Below, piece after piece: positions 25,945 to 34,814 of a DNA stretch of 64,000 bases; the stretch's first letter is position 1, and each line of letters starts with the position of its first letter. The notes below the pieces were generated by a model. It made no database searches and was not told where the DNA came from. It was given only the letters and a program-made list of their open reading frames with translations. Location: IMG/VR virus record IMGVR_UViG_2524614649_000001. One strand, written 5' to 3'. The stretch is from a virus. Taxonomy: Duplodnaviria > Caudoviricetes. The translations under genes were made by a program, and so were the position numbers.

Positions 25945-26188
25945 GGTTGATGATCGGCCGTTCGATTTTCATGACCATCGCCTTGGACCGGCCGAGGGCG
26001 CGGACGAGGCTCTGGGTCGTGAGGACAGGGTAGCGCGCGGCCTCCAGCAGGTCATACATGCGGTTGGCGTGGATGGCGAAGCCGGCGTCGTCGCCGGCAC
26101 GGCCGCACCGCAGCGCCTGCTTGGCCTGCCACTCGGCGAGGCTCGCGACCTTGGCGATCGGCAGGGTGGGAATGAGGGTCGTGTTCAT
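25925..26188 (-). CDS. hypothetical protein
   Basis: ATG 26188 with GGAGGA SD. Confidence 0.65.
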   Translation of the reverse strand: MNTTLIPTLPIAKVASLAEWQAKQALRCGRAGDDAGFAIHANRMYDLLEAARYPVLTTQSLVRALGRSKAMVMKIERPIINLALETA

Positions 26189-26300
26189 GGCAAAGTCCTC
26201 CTGTGGCCGGGCGCACGAGCGGCCGGCGAATGTTGAAACGTGGTTGGTTGGTGACGCTGGAACTGTCCTAAAATCCGGCGGGCGTCATCCACCGGTAGGG

Positions 26301-26319
26301 CAAGTGACTAGGTCACTTG
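26301..26319. promoter_or_regulatory. GTGAC-N3-GTCAC palindromic site (extended)
   Basis: CAAGTGAC-TAG-GTCACTTG. Confidence 0.75.
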
Positions 26320-26510
26320 ATGCGAGCGAGATCCTTGCGGAGCGCGCGAAAGACGAGGGCCGAGGCGGTGCCGTAGGCGACGACGTTGAGGCCGCAGGCG
26401 GCGAGGATCATCAGGGGCGGGCGCTCGAGCGCGACCACGACCGAGACCACGACCGTGGCGAGGCAGAGCAGCGCCATCGCGCCGCCGACGAGGATGACGA
26501 GCTTACGCAT
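26313..26510 (-). CDS. small two-TM membrane protein
   Basis: two long hydrophobic stretches. Confidence 0.65.
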   Translation of the reverse strand: MRKLVILVGGAMALLCLATVVVSVVVALERPPLMILAACGLNVVAYGTASALVFRALRKDLARIK

Positions 26511-26652
26511 CGGCCAGGACTCCGCCGAAGGCTACAAAGAGACCCTTGGCCCAGCGGGCCTTGGCGGCCCATTTGGCCGAGCCGTAACGGCGGGCGAGCG
26601 TGTCGTAGTGCGTCCAGTCCGCGAGCGCCTGGGCGCGAAGAATTTCCATCAT
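26503..26652 (-). CDS. small hypothetical protein
   Basis: ATG 26652 with GGAG SD. Confidence 0.5.
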   Translation of the reverse strand: MMEILRAQALADWTHYDTLARRYGSAKWAAKARWAKGLFVAFGGVLADA

Positions 26653-26665
26653 GTCGTTCACTCCA

Positions 26666-26690
26666 ATAAAAAACCCCGCCGAAGCGGGGT
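26666..26690 (-). terminator. rho-independent terminator
   Basis: minus strand ACCCCGC-TTCG-GCGGGGT followed by TTTTTATT. Confidence 0.85.
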
Positions 26691-26698
26691 GAGGTTGG

Positions 26699-26716
26699 TT
26701 TGGGAAATTTCCCAAA
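26699..26716. repeat. TTGGGAAATTTCCCAA palindrome, copy 2 (18 bp)
   Basis: TTTGGGAAATTTCCCAAA. Confidence 0.9.
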
Positions 26717-26718
26717 AT

Positions 26719-27201
26719 TCAGTCGATAACCTTGGCCATCTTGCGGTCGAACGCGGCCAGCGCCTTGCCCAAGGCCTTGTCGGCTTGCTTGGCGCGGATG
26801 GCGGCCGCCTCGGCCTTGGCGGCTTCGGTGGCGCGGGCCAGCCGGTCGCACTCGGCCGCAATCGCTTCGGGCGAAAGCGGGTCGAGCTTCGCCTTGACCG
26901 GCAACGGGGCGCGCGGCGCGGGTTGGCGTTCGTGCCGCTCGATGAACGGTTGCGGCTGGACGGCTTCGAGCGACGTTTTGAACGCTGACAGGAAGGCGCG
27001 CGACTTTGCGATCGACTGGAAATAGTCGCACTCGGCGCGCGGCCGGCCCTTCACAAGCGGCGCGGGCGTCGGCTTGCGATAGCCGTTCCTGTTCTGGCGC
27101 GCCTCTTTGCGCGACGGTTGGCAGGTTTCCATTTCCCGCCGGTCGCGTTCGGCAACCCACGGGTTGCCAAGGCGGGCGAATTGTTGCGCGTTCGTGTCCA
27201 T
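26719..27201 (-). CDS. basic Ala/Arg-rich hypothetical protein
   Basis: ATG 27201 with GGAGG SD; own terminator downstream. Confidence 0.7.
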   Translation of the reverse strand: MDTNAQQFARLGNPWVAERDRREMETCQPSRKEARQNRNGYRKPTPAPLVKGRPRAECDYFQSIAKSRAFLSAFKTSLEAVQPQPFIERHERQPAPRAPLPVKAKLDPLSPEAIAAECDRLARATEAAKAEAAAIRAKQADKALGKALAAFDRKMAKVID

Positions 27202-27258
27202 AACGGCCTCCAGATAAAGCAGGGTCAGGGGAAGGGGCGGCGCGCGTCCCTTGCCATG

Positions 27259-27290
27259 ACCCTGCTTTGGGAAATTTCCCAAAGCAGGGT
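27259..27290. repeat. TTGGGAAATTTCCCAA palindrome, copy 3, extended to a perfect 32-bp palindrome
   Basis: ACCCTGCTTTGGGAAA|TTTCCCAAAGCAGGGT. Confidence 0.9.
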
Positions 27291-27299
27291 TGCGGGCGA

Positions 27300-28013
27300 T
27301 TAACCGTTGACGGCTTCGGCTTCGGCTTCGCCTTCGGCTTCAAGGGCGCGATTTTCCGCCGCGCGGATGGCTTCCATCAGGGCGAACAACGCCTTGTCGG
27401 CCGCAATGACTTCGGCAACGTCGGCTTCGGCAAGGCGAAGCGCCAGTCGCTCGGCCATGACGGCAAGCGGAGTCGTCGCAACCGCTTCGCCCGTCGCTTC
27501 GCCTTCGCCTTCGCCTTCGCCTTCGCCTTCGCCTTCGCCTTCGCCTTCCGCTTCGCCCTTGTCGGCCTTGGCGGCTTCGCGGCGCATCGCGGCCATTTCA
27601 TCGCGCAAGGCATAAAGCGACTTCGGCGCATCGGGCGATGCGGTGATGAACGCCACCAGTCGCGGCTTGAACGTGTCGGCGATGCGGCCCGCTTCGGCTG
27701 CTTCAATCATTTCCAGACACAGCGTCGCTGCCTTGCGGACGGCATCGCCACCCTTGGCATAGCGAAGCGATGAGAGGCTATCGCCCGCCTTGCCGTTCGG
27801 CTTTTTCGGCTTGAACGTGGCGAGCAAGGCAGCCGTCAAGTCGCCTTCGGTCATCGCCTTGGTGTAGAGGCCGAACAGGGTTGCTTGCCCCCATGCCGAA
27901 CGGGCATTCTCGCTAGCGACTTCTTTCTGGCGTAGGGCTTCGGTCGTGACGGCATAGTCGGCTGCATTGAAAGCTTCAGCCGAAAGGGCAATGGTGCTGG
28001 TTTCATTGGTCAT
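27300..28013 (-). CDS. Ala/Glu-rich hypothetical protein with (GE)8 tract; probable first early gene
   Basis: ATG 28013 (MTNETSTIAL) with AAGGAAA SD; Glu encoded mostly by GAA. Confidence 0.7.
   Translation of the reverse strand: MTNETSTIALSAEAFNAADYAVTTEALRQKEVASENARSAWGQATLFGLYTKAMTEGDLTAALLATFKPKKPNGKAGDSLSSLRYAKGGDAVRKAATLCLEMIEAAEAGRIADTFKPRLVAFITASPDAPKSLYALRDEMAAMRREAAKADKGEAEGEGEGEGEGEGEGEGEATGEAVATTPLAVMAERLALRLAEADVAEVIAADKALFALMEAIRAAENRALEAEGEAEAEAVNG
27498..27545. repeat. hexamer tandem repeat (TTCGCC)x8
   Basis: 8 perfect units encoding Gly-Glu on the minus strand. Confidence 0.95.
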
Positions 28014-28040
28014 GGTATCGTTTCCTTTTCCGTTGCTGCC

Positions 28041-28056
28041 TTGGGAAATTTCCCAA
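28041..28056. repeat. TTGGGAAATTTCCCAA palindrome, copy 4
   Basis: exact; 28 nt upstream of ATG 28013. Confidence 0.9.
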
Positions 28057-28065
28057 AGGCCGTTG

Positions 28066-28189
28066 GCATGAGACGGGCACGCGCCGAGGCCGAGCGAGAG
28101 GACAGTCCCGCGCGCTTCAGACATAGCTAGCCCCAACCCCTTCGGGGTTTGGGTGGGCGTTGCGCCTCGCTGTGTGTTCCGTCTCATGC
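28066..28189. ncRNA. candidate structured RNA or long leader hairpin
   Basis: GCATGAGACGG/CCGTCTCATGC closing stem, inner CGAGGC/GCCTCG, apical AACCCC-TTC-GGGGTT. Confidence 0.35.
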
Positions 28190-28400
28190 GATTGTTCTGA
28201 CAGAAACAGTGACCACTAAAAGAAAAACTTCTCATGCCATAGTAACACACCCCGATAGGTGACTAAATGACGTGTCAAGCACTAAGAAACCTTTGTTTTC
28301 AGGCACTTAGGCCGGAAGGGTGCCACCTTTTTTGCCCCAGATTTTTTCACTTAGAGGGAGATCATGCCCCAAATATCCCGGGGAAATTTTCGCGTTTTTC

Positions 28401-28409
28401 TAATCCACA
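28401..28409 (+). promoter_or_regulatory. TAATCCACA box (DnaA-box-like)
   Basis: exact copy in an AT-rich intergenic region; no start codon at +52. Confidence 0.45.
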
Positions 28410-28471
28410 ACTACGAAAAAGGGGCCGAGAACGTGTCTCGACCCCTTGTTTTTGTTCAAAACCGCGCTGTT

Positions 28472-30919
28472 TTAGGCAGCTTTGGCCAGAGTAGGCACAG
28501 TAACCTTCAATCCGACGACTTTGTCGCGCGTCACGAGCATCTCGTCCTGATATTCGATCACCCGGTAGCCCAGGCCCTCGAGCATCGTCTTGAACCGCTC
28601 GAAGGTGACGCCCATGCCGCGGCTGACATCCTTCATGTAGAAGAGATACTGGTCGAACACCGTGCGGCAGTCCGCGACCGAGGCTTCGTCCGGACGGACG
28701 CGCTCGCACGACTGCAGGAACGCGGCCACGCTGTTGTTCGAGCGGAGCACCAGGTTCTCCAGCCGCTTGTGCGACTTGGGCAAGGTATATTCCCGCTGCT
28801 CCAGCAGACGCTTCAAGCCGTCGACCGCCCACGCGGCGATCGCCTCGCGCTCTTCCGAGATCACGACCTCGGCGAAGTTCAGGATGCGCTCGCTCTCGGG
28901 GACCTTCCTCGTGAACTCGAAGATGATCCAGCGGCGGATGAAGCCATCCGAGGTGTCGCGCGAGCGCGGCAGGTGGTTCGAGGCGAACCAGTGCGCCGCC
29001 ATCGGCGGGAACGTGAACCCGTCCTTGCCCTTGTATTCGGTGTCCTGGCGCTCGCCGCAGACGATCCCCTTGAACCGCTCGCCCGCGATCATCGCGTCTT
29101 CCGGCAGCTCGCCGCAGACGTTGAGCACCTTGCCGACCAGAGCCGTCAGCGCGAACCGCTCGCCCCATTTGTGCGGGGGTAGGGCGCAGACCGCGTTGTC
29201 GGGCATCATCGCGTCGAGGATTTCCAGCACCTGGCTCTTGCCGGTCTTGCCCGGGCCGTAGAGCAGGATCGCGCGCTGATACTCCGGCGCGATGCCGAAC
29301 ATGGTGGCCGCGATGACCTCCTGCAGCGCCGCGACCTTCTCGTTGTAGTCGGCGTCATCGCCCCACGCGCTCTCCAGCATGCCGAGGAAGCGGTGGCACT
29401 CGTGGCGGCGCTCGGGGATGTAGTTGAACGGCAGGGTGAACGTCTTGCCGAAGTGCGGCGCGTGGTCGTGCAGCTGCAGCGACATGTCGAGGAAGCCGTT
29501 GGCGAAGTTGATGCCGAGCTCCGGATTTTCCTCCAGCGGCATGTTGACCAGCGCGCTGATCGTCTTGACGATCGACGCATAGTCGTTGTGGCGCCGCGCC
29601 AGCGCGTTGCCCTTCACCCGCTCCGCGATGTGGCGGTAGATGTCGTTGTCGTCGAGCATCCCGAAGCACGACCCGTTCCACTGCCAGAAGGCACCCTGGT
29701 CGTGACGCAGCTCGCCGCCGCGCGAGATGTCCTCGATCACCATGCGGGCGATCGCCTCATGATCTTCCGCCGCCCCGTCGCCGGAGCCGACGCGGGCCAT
29801 GACGAACATCTTCTTGAGGGCGGGCTTCGACATCTTCACCGCCCCGAGGGCATTGACCAGCACCGGGATCAGCGCGTCGAAGTGGTGCTCGGCGAACTGC
29901 TCGTCCTTCGCGACCTGAGCCACCAGCTCCTCGACCTTGGTCAGCGCCCAGTCGTCGTCGGCGGGCTTCGCCGAGACCTGCTCGTTGATCCAGTCGCGGG
30001 CGCGGGAGAAGGTCCAGCGTTCCGCCTTGTTCTTCTCGGCGATCGCCGCGATCGTCGGGTGGGCCAGCTGCTCTTCGGTGAGACCCGCGTCCCAGCCTTC
30101 CGGCAGCGTACGGCCGCCTTCGATGTCCTTCAGCAGGAACTCGAGCAGTTTCGCGATGCCCTTCTGGGGGTCCATGTCATCACCCGCGACGCCCGCGGTG
30201 AAATTCTCGACCCAGTGGTGCATGTGCTGCATCGCTTCCGACAGCGACCACTTCTCGTTCTTGTCGAGACCGAACACGACGCGCGCCAGGTAGCCCGCGT
30301 GGCGGACCAGCTGAATATCACGCTCGCCGGCCGGGACGACGTCGAGCGGCTTCGAGCGCCCCTCGTGGGCGAGCGACACGCCGCCCTTGACGCCGAGCGC
30401 CTCGCGCAGCTGCGTCTCGATGGTCACCGGCAGCACCGGGATTTTGTCCATCACCTCCCACAGGTTGGTGTTGGCGGTATACGCCTCGCCCGTATCGGGG
30501 TGGATCGACGGCGGCAGCACCATCTGGTTGCCCAGACCGAGGAACTCGCAGATCATCCCCTCGTCCGAGCGGATTTTGAAGTTCTTCTGGCCCTGCCAGC
30601 GGTAAATCAGCGCGCAGCCCTTCGCACCGACACGGCGCCACGGGGTCATCGGGAGGCAGTCCTCGATGATCTCGACCAGCTCGGGGTCGGTGGTGTCGAT
30701 GTCGATCGCGCACAGGCCCGAGGCAGGACCGAACGGCAGGCCGATGTTCGAGCGGGGGTAGGTTTCCAGCCAGTGGCCGCGGACGGCCGCGGACGGCATG
30801 TTGGTGCCATACTGGGTCCACTCCGACAGGATCGGAGCCTTGCTGCGGACCTTGAGCGGCATGGCGGGGAGACCCGCCTCCCAGTAGAGCGGGGCAAATT
30901 CACGGAAGACGTTGGACAT
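28472..30919 (-). CDS. bifunctional primase-polymerase fused to D5/P4-type SF3 helicase
   Basis: N-terminal NIGLPFGPASGLCAIDID...TP.RRVG.KG; C-terminal LYGPGKTGKS, LVGKVLNVCGEL, FASNHLP, D.SDGF.RRW. Confidence 0.9.
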   Translation of the reverse strand: MSNVFREFAPLYWEAGLPAMPLKVRSKAPILSEWTQYGTNMPSAAVRGHWLETYPRSNIGLPFGPASGLCAIDIDTTDPELVEIIEDCLPMTPWRRVGAKGCALIYRWQGQKNFKIRSDEGMICEFLGLGNQMVLPPSIHPDTGEAYTANTNLWEVMDKIPVLPVTIETQLREALGVKGGVSLAHEGRSKPLDVVPAGERDIQLVRHAGYLARVVFGLDKNEKWSLSEAMQHMHHWVENFTAGVAGDDMDPQKGIAKLLEFLLKDIEGGRTLPEGWDAGLTEEQLAHPTIAAIAEKNKAERWTFSRARDWINEQVSAKPADDDWALTKVEELVAQVAKDEQFAEHHFDALIPVLVNALGAVKMSKPALKKMFVMARVGSGDGAAEDHEAIARMVIEDISRGGELRHDQGAFWQWNGSCFGMLDDNDIYRHIAERVKGNALARRHNDYASIVKTISALVNMPLEENPELGINFANGFLDMSLQLHDHAPHFGKTFTLPFNYIPERRHECHRFLGMLESAWGDDADYNEKVAALQEVIAATMFGIAPEYQRAILLYGPGKTGKSQVLEILDAMMPDNAVCALPPHKWGERFALTALVGKVLNVCGELPEDAMIAGERFKGIVCGERQDTEYKGKDGFTFPPMAAHWFASNHLPRSRDTSDGFIRRWIIFEFTRKVPESERILNFAEVVISEEREAIAAWAVDGLKRLLEQREYTLPKSHKRLENLVLRSNNSVAAFLQSCERVRPDEASVADCRTVFDQYLFYMKDVSRGMGVTFERFKTMLEGLGYRVIEYQDEMLVTRDKVVGLKVTVPTLAKAA

Positions 30920-30922
30920 GGG

Positions 30923-31450
30923 TTAGCTCCGGAAGGGCTCGAGGCGCTTGAGAAATTCGTCCCGCTTTTCGTCGGGCACGAGGTCGTCGAGGATGCCGAC
31001 GACGGTGGACTGGAAGGTCGCGACCTTGCGGACGGATGCGAACCGCTCGCGGATGGAGACCAGCTTCTCCATCAAGGTCGTCTGGGTCTTGATGATCGTC
31101 AGCTTGGTCGACGTGTCGAGGTTCTTCAGCTCGCCGTCGGCATCCTTGCCCAGCTCGCGCAGTTCCTTGAGCAATTCCTTCGCCTCGGTTTCGAGCTCGA
31201 CCGCGTCATCGTCGGTGATCTCGCCCGACTTCTTGGGCCGGCCGACCTGGCCGCGGGTGGGCTTGTCGATATATTTCTCGACGATCACCTCGATCTCCTT
31301 GGGCTGGAACAGCTTTTCGAGGAGCGCGACAGTGTCGTTGTCGTAGGGGCAGTCCGGCTTGCGAAGGAACCCGGGGGTTGCGTCGCACTGTGCCTTGAGA
31401 TCGGCGAGGCCAGACAGCACGCCGAGGCGAAGGGTGGGGTAGTTGCTCAT
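30923..31450 (-). CDS. hypothetical protein, possible small terminase subunit
   Basis: divergent from terL; GRPKK motif and long predicted coiled helix. Confidence 0.35.
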   Translation of the reverse strand: MSNYPTLRLGVLSGLADLKAQCDATPGFLRKPDCPYDNDTVALLEKLFQPKEIEVIVEKYIDKPTRGQVGRPKKSGEITDDDAVELETEAKELLKELRELGKDADGELKNLDTSTKLTIIKTQTTLMEKLVSIRERFASVRKVATFQSTVVGILDDLVPDEKRDEFLKRLEPFRS

Positions 31451-31578
31451 GCCCACCCTATGCCCCTCGGCCGGAAATTTTCTCCAGCCAACTTTTTGAA
31501 GTGACTCAGTCAGTCACCGTCCACCACATCTGATTTCCACCTTGTTCAACCACCCCGTTCTCGGCCTTAGCGTGGTGG

Positions 31579-33321
31579 ATGTTCGAAGAGCTCTACCAGA
31601 CTGTGAAGGCGCGCTACGGCGCGGGCGCTTCGAACCAGTCGATGAGCGACTGGATCAGCAACAACACGACGATCAAGCGGGCCACGCCGTTCAGCTTCGA
31701 CAAATACGAGTTCCAGCGCGCGATCATCGACGACATGCACCCCGACCTGTCGGTCATCAAGTGCTCGCAGGTCGGTCTGACCGAGGTTCAGCTCCGCAAA
31801 TATCTCGCGATGCTGACCCGCCAGGACAACCTCTCCGGCATCTTCACCCTGCCGAACGAGGACATGTTCAAGCGCGTCTACAAGACCCGTCTCAAGCCGA
31901 TGATGGACCGCGACGAGATCTTCAATCCGCCCACTGACACCAAGCCGATCCGGTCGACCGGCCTCGTCCAAATCCGCGACAGCTTCGGCTACATCACCGG
32001 CTGCGGCGAAGACGACGCGACCTCGATCCCGGCCGACTTCCTGTTCCACGACGAGCTCGACCTGTCGCCCGAGGACATGATCGGCCTCTACCAGTCGCGT
32101 CTGCAGAACTCGGACATGAAGATCACGCAGAAGTTCTCGACCCCGACCTTCAAGGGCTTCGGGATCGACAAGAGCTACGCGCTCACCGACCAGCGTGAAT
32201 ATCTGGCCCGCTGCGGCAGCTGCAACCACTGGCAAATCCCGGTTTTCAACCGCCGCTTCGTCCACTGCGAAGAAGCCGACATGCTGGACGTCAAGGACCT
32301 GACGGACATCACGGCCGAGCAGATCGCGCTGATGGCGCTCGATGAGACCTATGTGAAGTGCGAGAAGTGCCACGCGCGGCTCGACCTGGCGAACCCGGAG
32401 ATGCGCGAGTGGGTGGCCCGCCACCCGGGCCGCACCGCCTTCCGCGGCTACTACGTCCGCCCGTTCAGCGCCGGCCGGCTCAACCCGGCCTATGTCTTCG
32501 GCCAGCTGGCGAAATACCGGACGCAGGGCTTCATCCGCGGCTTCTACAACACCGTGCTCGGCGAGCCCTACAACTCGGCCGACGCGCAAATCCAGCGCGA
32601 CGACGTCGAAGCCTGCATGAAGGGCGGCGAAATTCCGAACGTCGGGGATGACACCCCGGTGTTCCTCGGGGTCGACGTCGGCTTCCAGTGCCACATCACC
32701 CTATCCTACGACGACCCGGTCACCTTCGAGCCGGTCTGGGTCCTGTTCGAGACCGTGCCTTACGCCCGCCTCGAGACCCGGATCGCCGAGCTGCGGATGG
32801 TCTACAACGTCGTGCAGGGCGCGATCGACCGCTTCCCGTTCACGCCGACGGCGGACGCCATCCGCCAGCACACCGGTGGCGTCATCATGCCGATCCAGTG
32901 GCGTGGCGTGGCCGGCCTGGCGCCGGTCAAGGACGAGCTGGGCGAGCTCACTCACTACAGCGCGAACCCGACCCTCATCTTCGACCGCATGCAGGCCGTG
33001 ATCGGCCAACGGAAGATGGTGATCCGTGGTTACACGCATTTGAAGGAGACGCTCATCACCCACGTCTGCGACATGGTGCGCGACGAAAAACCCGACGCCA
33101 ACGCGGAAGCGGTGTGGAAGAAGACGAGCGGCAACGATCACTTCTTCCACAGCATGGCGTTCAACATGCTTTCCCGGAGGATTTGCGAGCACATGTATCA
33201 CACGCAGAGCGGCTCCGAAGGCAGTTCCTCCACCATCGTCGGCACCGTTGTCGGCGCAACCACCCAGGGCCGCCCGCTGCTCGGCAGCGCGGCCCGTAGT
33301 TCGAGGCTTGGACGCGAATGA
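31579..33321 (+). CDS. terL: terminase large subunit, lambda gpA-like
   Basis: F.FDKYEFQR.I...IKCSQVGLTE (gpA-type Walker A), LFHDELD, FSTPT..GFGI, Zn-type CxxC pairs, GVDVG and NDHFFHS nuclease motifs. Confidence 0.9.
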   Translation: MFEELYQTVKARYGAGASNQSMSDWISNNTTIKRATPFSFDKYEFQRAIIDDMHPDLSVIKCSQVGLTEVQLRKYLAMLTRQDNLSGIFTLPNEDMFKRVYKTRLKPMMDRDEIFNPPTDTKPIRSTGLVQIRDSFGYITGCGEDDATSIPADFLFHDELDLSPEDMIGLYQSRLQNSDMKITQKFSTPTFKGFGIDKSYALTDQREYLARCGSCNHWQIPVFNRRFVHCEEADMLDVKDLTDITAEQIALMALDETYVKCEKCHARLDLANPEMREWVARHPGRTAFRGYYVRPFSAGRLNPAYVFGQLAKYRTQGFIRGFYNTVLGEPYNSADAQIQRDDVEACMKGGEIPNVGDDTPVFLGVDVGFQCHITLSYDDPVTFEPVWVLFETVPYARLETRIAELRMVYNVVQGAIDRFPFTPTADAIRQHTGGVIMPIQWRGVAGLAPVKDELGELTHYSANPTLIFDRMQAVIGQRKMVIRGYTHLKETLITHVCDMVRDEKPDANAEAVWKKTSGNDHFFHSMAFNMLSRRICEHMYHTQSGSEGSSSTIVGTVVGATTQGRPLLGSAARSSRLGRE

Positions 33322-34811
33322 AGCTCAACCCGGTCAAGCTGATCCTGCCGAAGGGCAAGGGCGTCAAGGGCGGCAAGTCCTTCACGCCGACCTACAACCA
33401 GCGTCAGCCGCTCCTGAAGGCTCCGACCTACCGCGAGCACCTCCAGGACCTCTACAACTCGCGCCTGTCGAGCGACAGCCGCGACCTTCTGAGCGCCGCG
33501 GTCAACCAAGACCCGGACGTCTCGGCCGCCGTTCACGCCTACCTCACGATCGCGGGTAGCGCGGACCTCGTCATCTATGCCTTCGACGACAAGGCCCAGC
33601 TGGACATGGAAGGCGTCAAGCTCGGCCGGGCGCTGCTCGACCAGCTGACGACCGTCTCGGATTACTCGGTAGGCTATTCGGCCAAGCCGCTGCTCTCGTC
33701 GCTGTGCGAGAGCATCCGTTATTTCATGATGCTCCGCGGGATGGTCGCGGCCGAGCTCGTCTTCGACAAGCAGATGGTGCCGAGCGAGCTGCGGCTCGTC
33801 GACCCGGCATCGCTGATCTGGAACGAAAAGACGCCGGGCGTCTTCGCACCGGTCCAGAAGCCGAAGGGCTCGCAGGTCGAGATCGACCTCAACATCCCGA
33901 CCTTTTTCACGAGCCGGTTCCACCAGAACCCGACCGACATCTACACCTTCTCGCCCTTCGTCTCGGCCATCAACACGATCGCCGCGCGGCAGGAAGTCAT
34001 CAACGAGCTCTACCGCATCATGCGGGTGGTCGGCTATCCGCGCCTCGACTTCGAGGTGCTGGAAGAGGTGCTGCAGCAGAACGCTCCGGTCATCATCCGC
34101 AATGACCCCAAGAAGATGCGCGAGTTCGTGGACGGCGAGATCGCCAAGCTGACGACCGCCCTGCAGACCATCCGGTCGGACCAGGCGCTGGTCCACTCGA
34201 GCGCGGTCAAGGCCAGGGTCATCAACGACAAGAACCCCGGCGCCGGGATGCAAATCCAGCAGATCATCGACGTGCTGGACGCGCAGAACCAGTCGGCGCT
34301 CAAGGTCATGCCGGCCGTGATCGGCAAGGCGGATGGCGGCCAGGTGGCCGGCACCGAAGCGCGCCTGTTCGCGCTCGGCGCCGACAGCATGAACCGCGCC
34401 GTCGCGGGCGTCCTGACGCAGTCGCTGACCCTCGCCGCACGCCTCGCGGGCTATCAGGGCCGGATCGAAGCGCGCTTCCGCCCGGTCGAGCTCCGGCCGG
34501 AGCTGGAGCTGGAGCCGCAGAAGGTGATGAAGTCGTCGCGCCTCAAGCAGGACCTGTCGGCCGGCCTCATCACCGACGACGAATACCACATGGAGATGTA
34601 TGGCCGCCCGGCACCGGAAGGCGCGGAGCAGCTGTCGGGCACCAACTTCCTGACCCCGAACGCCGGGGCGGCGAACGTCGACGTGACCGACATCTCCCCG
34701 AACCAGGACGCCCACGGGCGCTCGCTCGCCCCGCCGGGCGGCAAGTCGGCCAAGTCCAACGCGAGCAAGCCCGCTGCGGCGCCCCAGACGAAAACCGCCA
34801 AGAAGGAATAG
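33318..34811 (+). CDS. portal protein
   Basis: 497 aa directly after terL; DPDVSAAV...YPRLDFEV pattern. Confidence 0.8.
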   Translation: MKLNPVKLILPKGKGVKGGKSFTPTYNQRQPLLKAPTYREHLQDLYNSRLSSDSRDLLSAAVNQDPDVSAAVHAYLTIAGSADLVIYAFDDKAQLDMEGVKLGRALLDQLTTVSDYSVGYSAKPLLSSLCESIRYFMMLRGMVAAELVFDKQMVPSELRLVDPASLIWNEKTPGVFAPVQKPKGSQVEIDLNIPTFFTSRFHQNPTDIYTFSPFVSAINTIAARQEVINELYRIMRVVGYPRLDFEVLEEVLQQNAPVIIRNDPKKMREFVDGEIAKLTTALQTIRSDQALVHSSAVKARVINDKNPGAGMQIQQIIDVLDAQNQSALKVMPAVIGKADGGQVAGTEARLFALGADSMNRAVAGVLTQSLTLAARLAGYQGRIEARFRPVELRPELELEPQKVMKSSRLKQDLSAGLITDDEYHMEMYGRPAPEGAEQLSGTNFLTPNAGAANVDVTDISPNQDAHGRSLAPPGGKSAKSNASKPAAAPQTKTAKKE

Positions 34812-34814
34812 ACG

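Noticed and set aside
25438-28056. Repeated palindrome read as a CRISPR array
   Set aside because: Repeats are 16 bp with 570-1260 bp spacing containing genes; no cas genes.
28230-28278. Sigma70 promoter from TTGACA (minus strand, 28278-28273)
   Set aside because: No convincing -10 at 16-18 nt spacing; TACTAT lies too far away.
28275-28310. dif/att-like recombination site (CTAAGTGCCTGAAAACAAAGGTTTCTTAG on the minus strand)
   Set aside because: Does not match XerC/D arms well, and there is no integrase or recombinase in the window.
28060-28470. tRNA genes in the larger intergenic gaps (also 45056-45270 and 50900-51000)
   Set aside because: No cloverleaf with T-loop GTTCRA and D-loop consensus could be built by eye.
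29393-31504. Long antisense or alternate-frame ORFs (e.g. 29393-31504 +, 33198-35225 -, 35753-38056 -, 38984-40696 -, 54818-57448 -, 61371-63260 +)
   Set aside because: Shadow ORFs opposite well-supported genes; expected from high GC and strong codon bias, with no SD or recognisable motifs.
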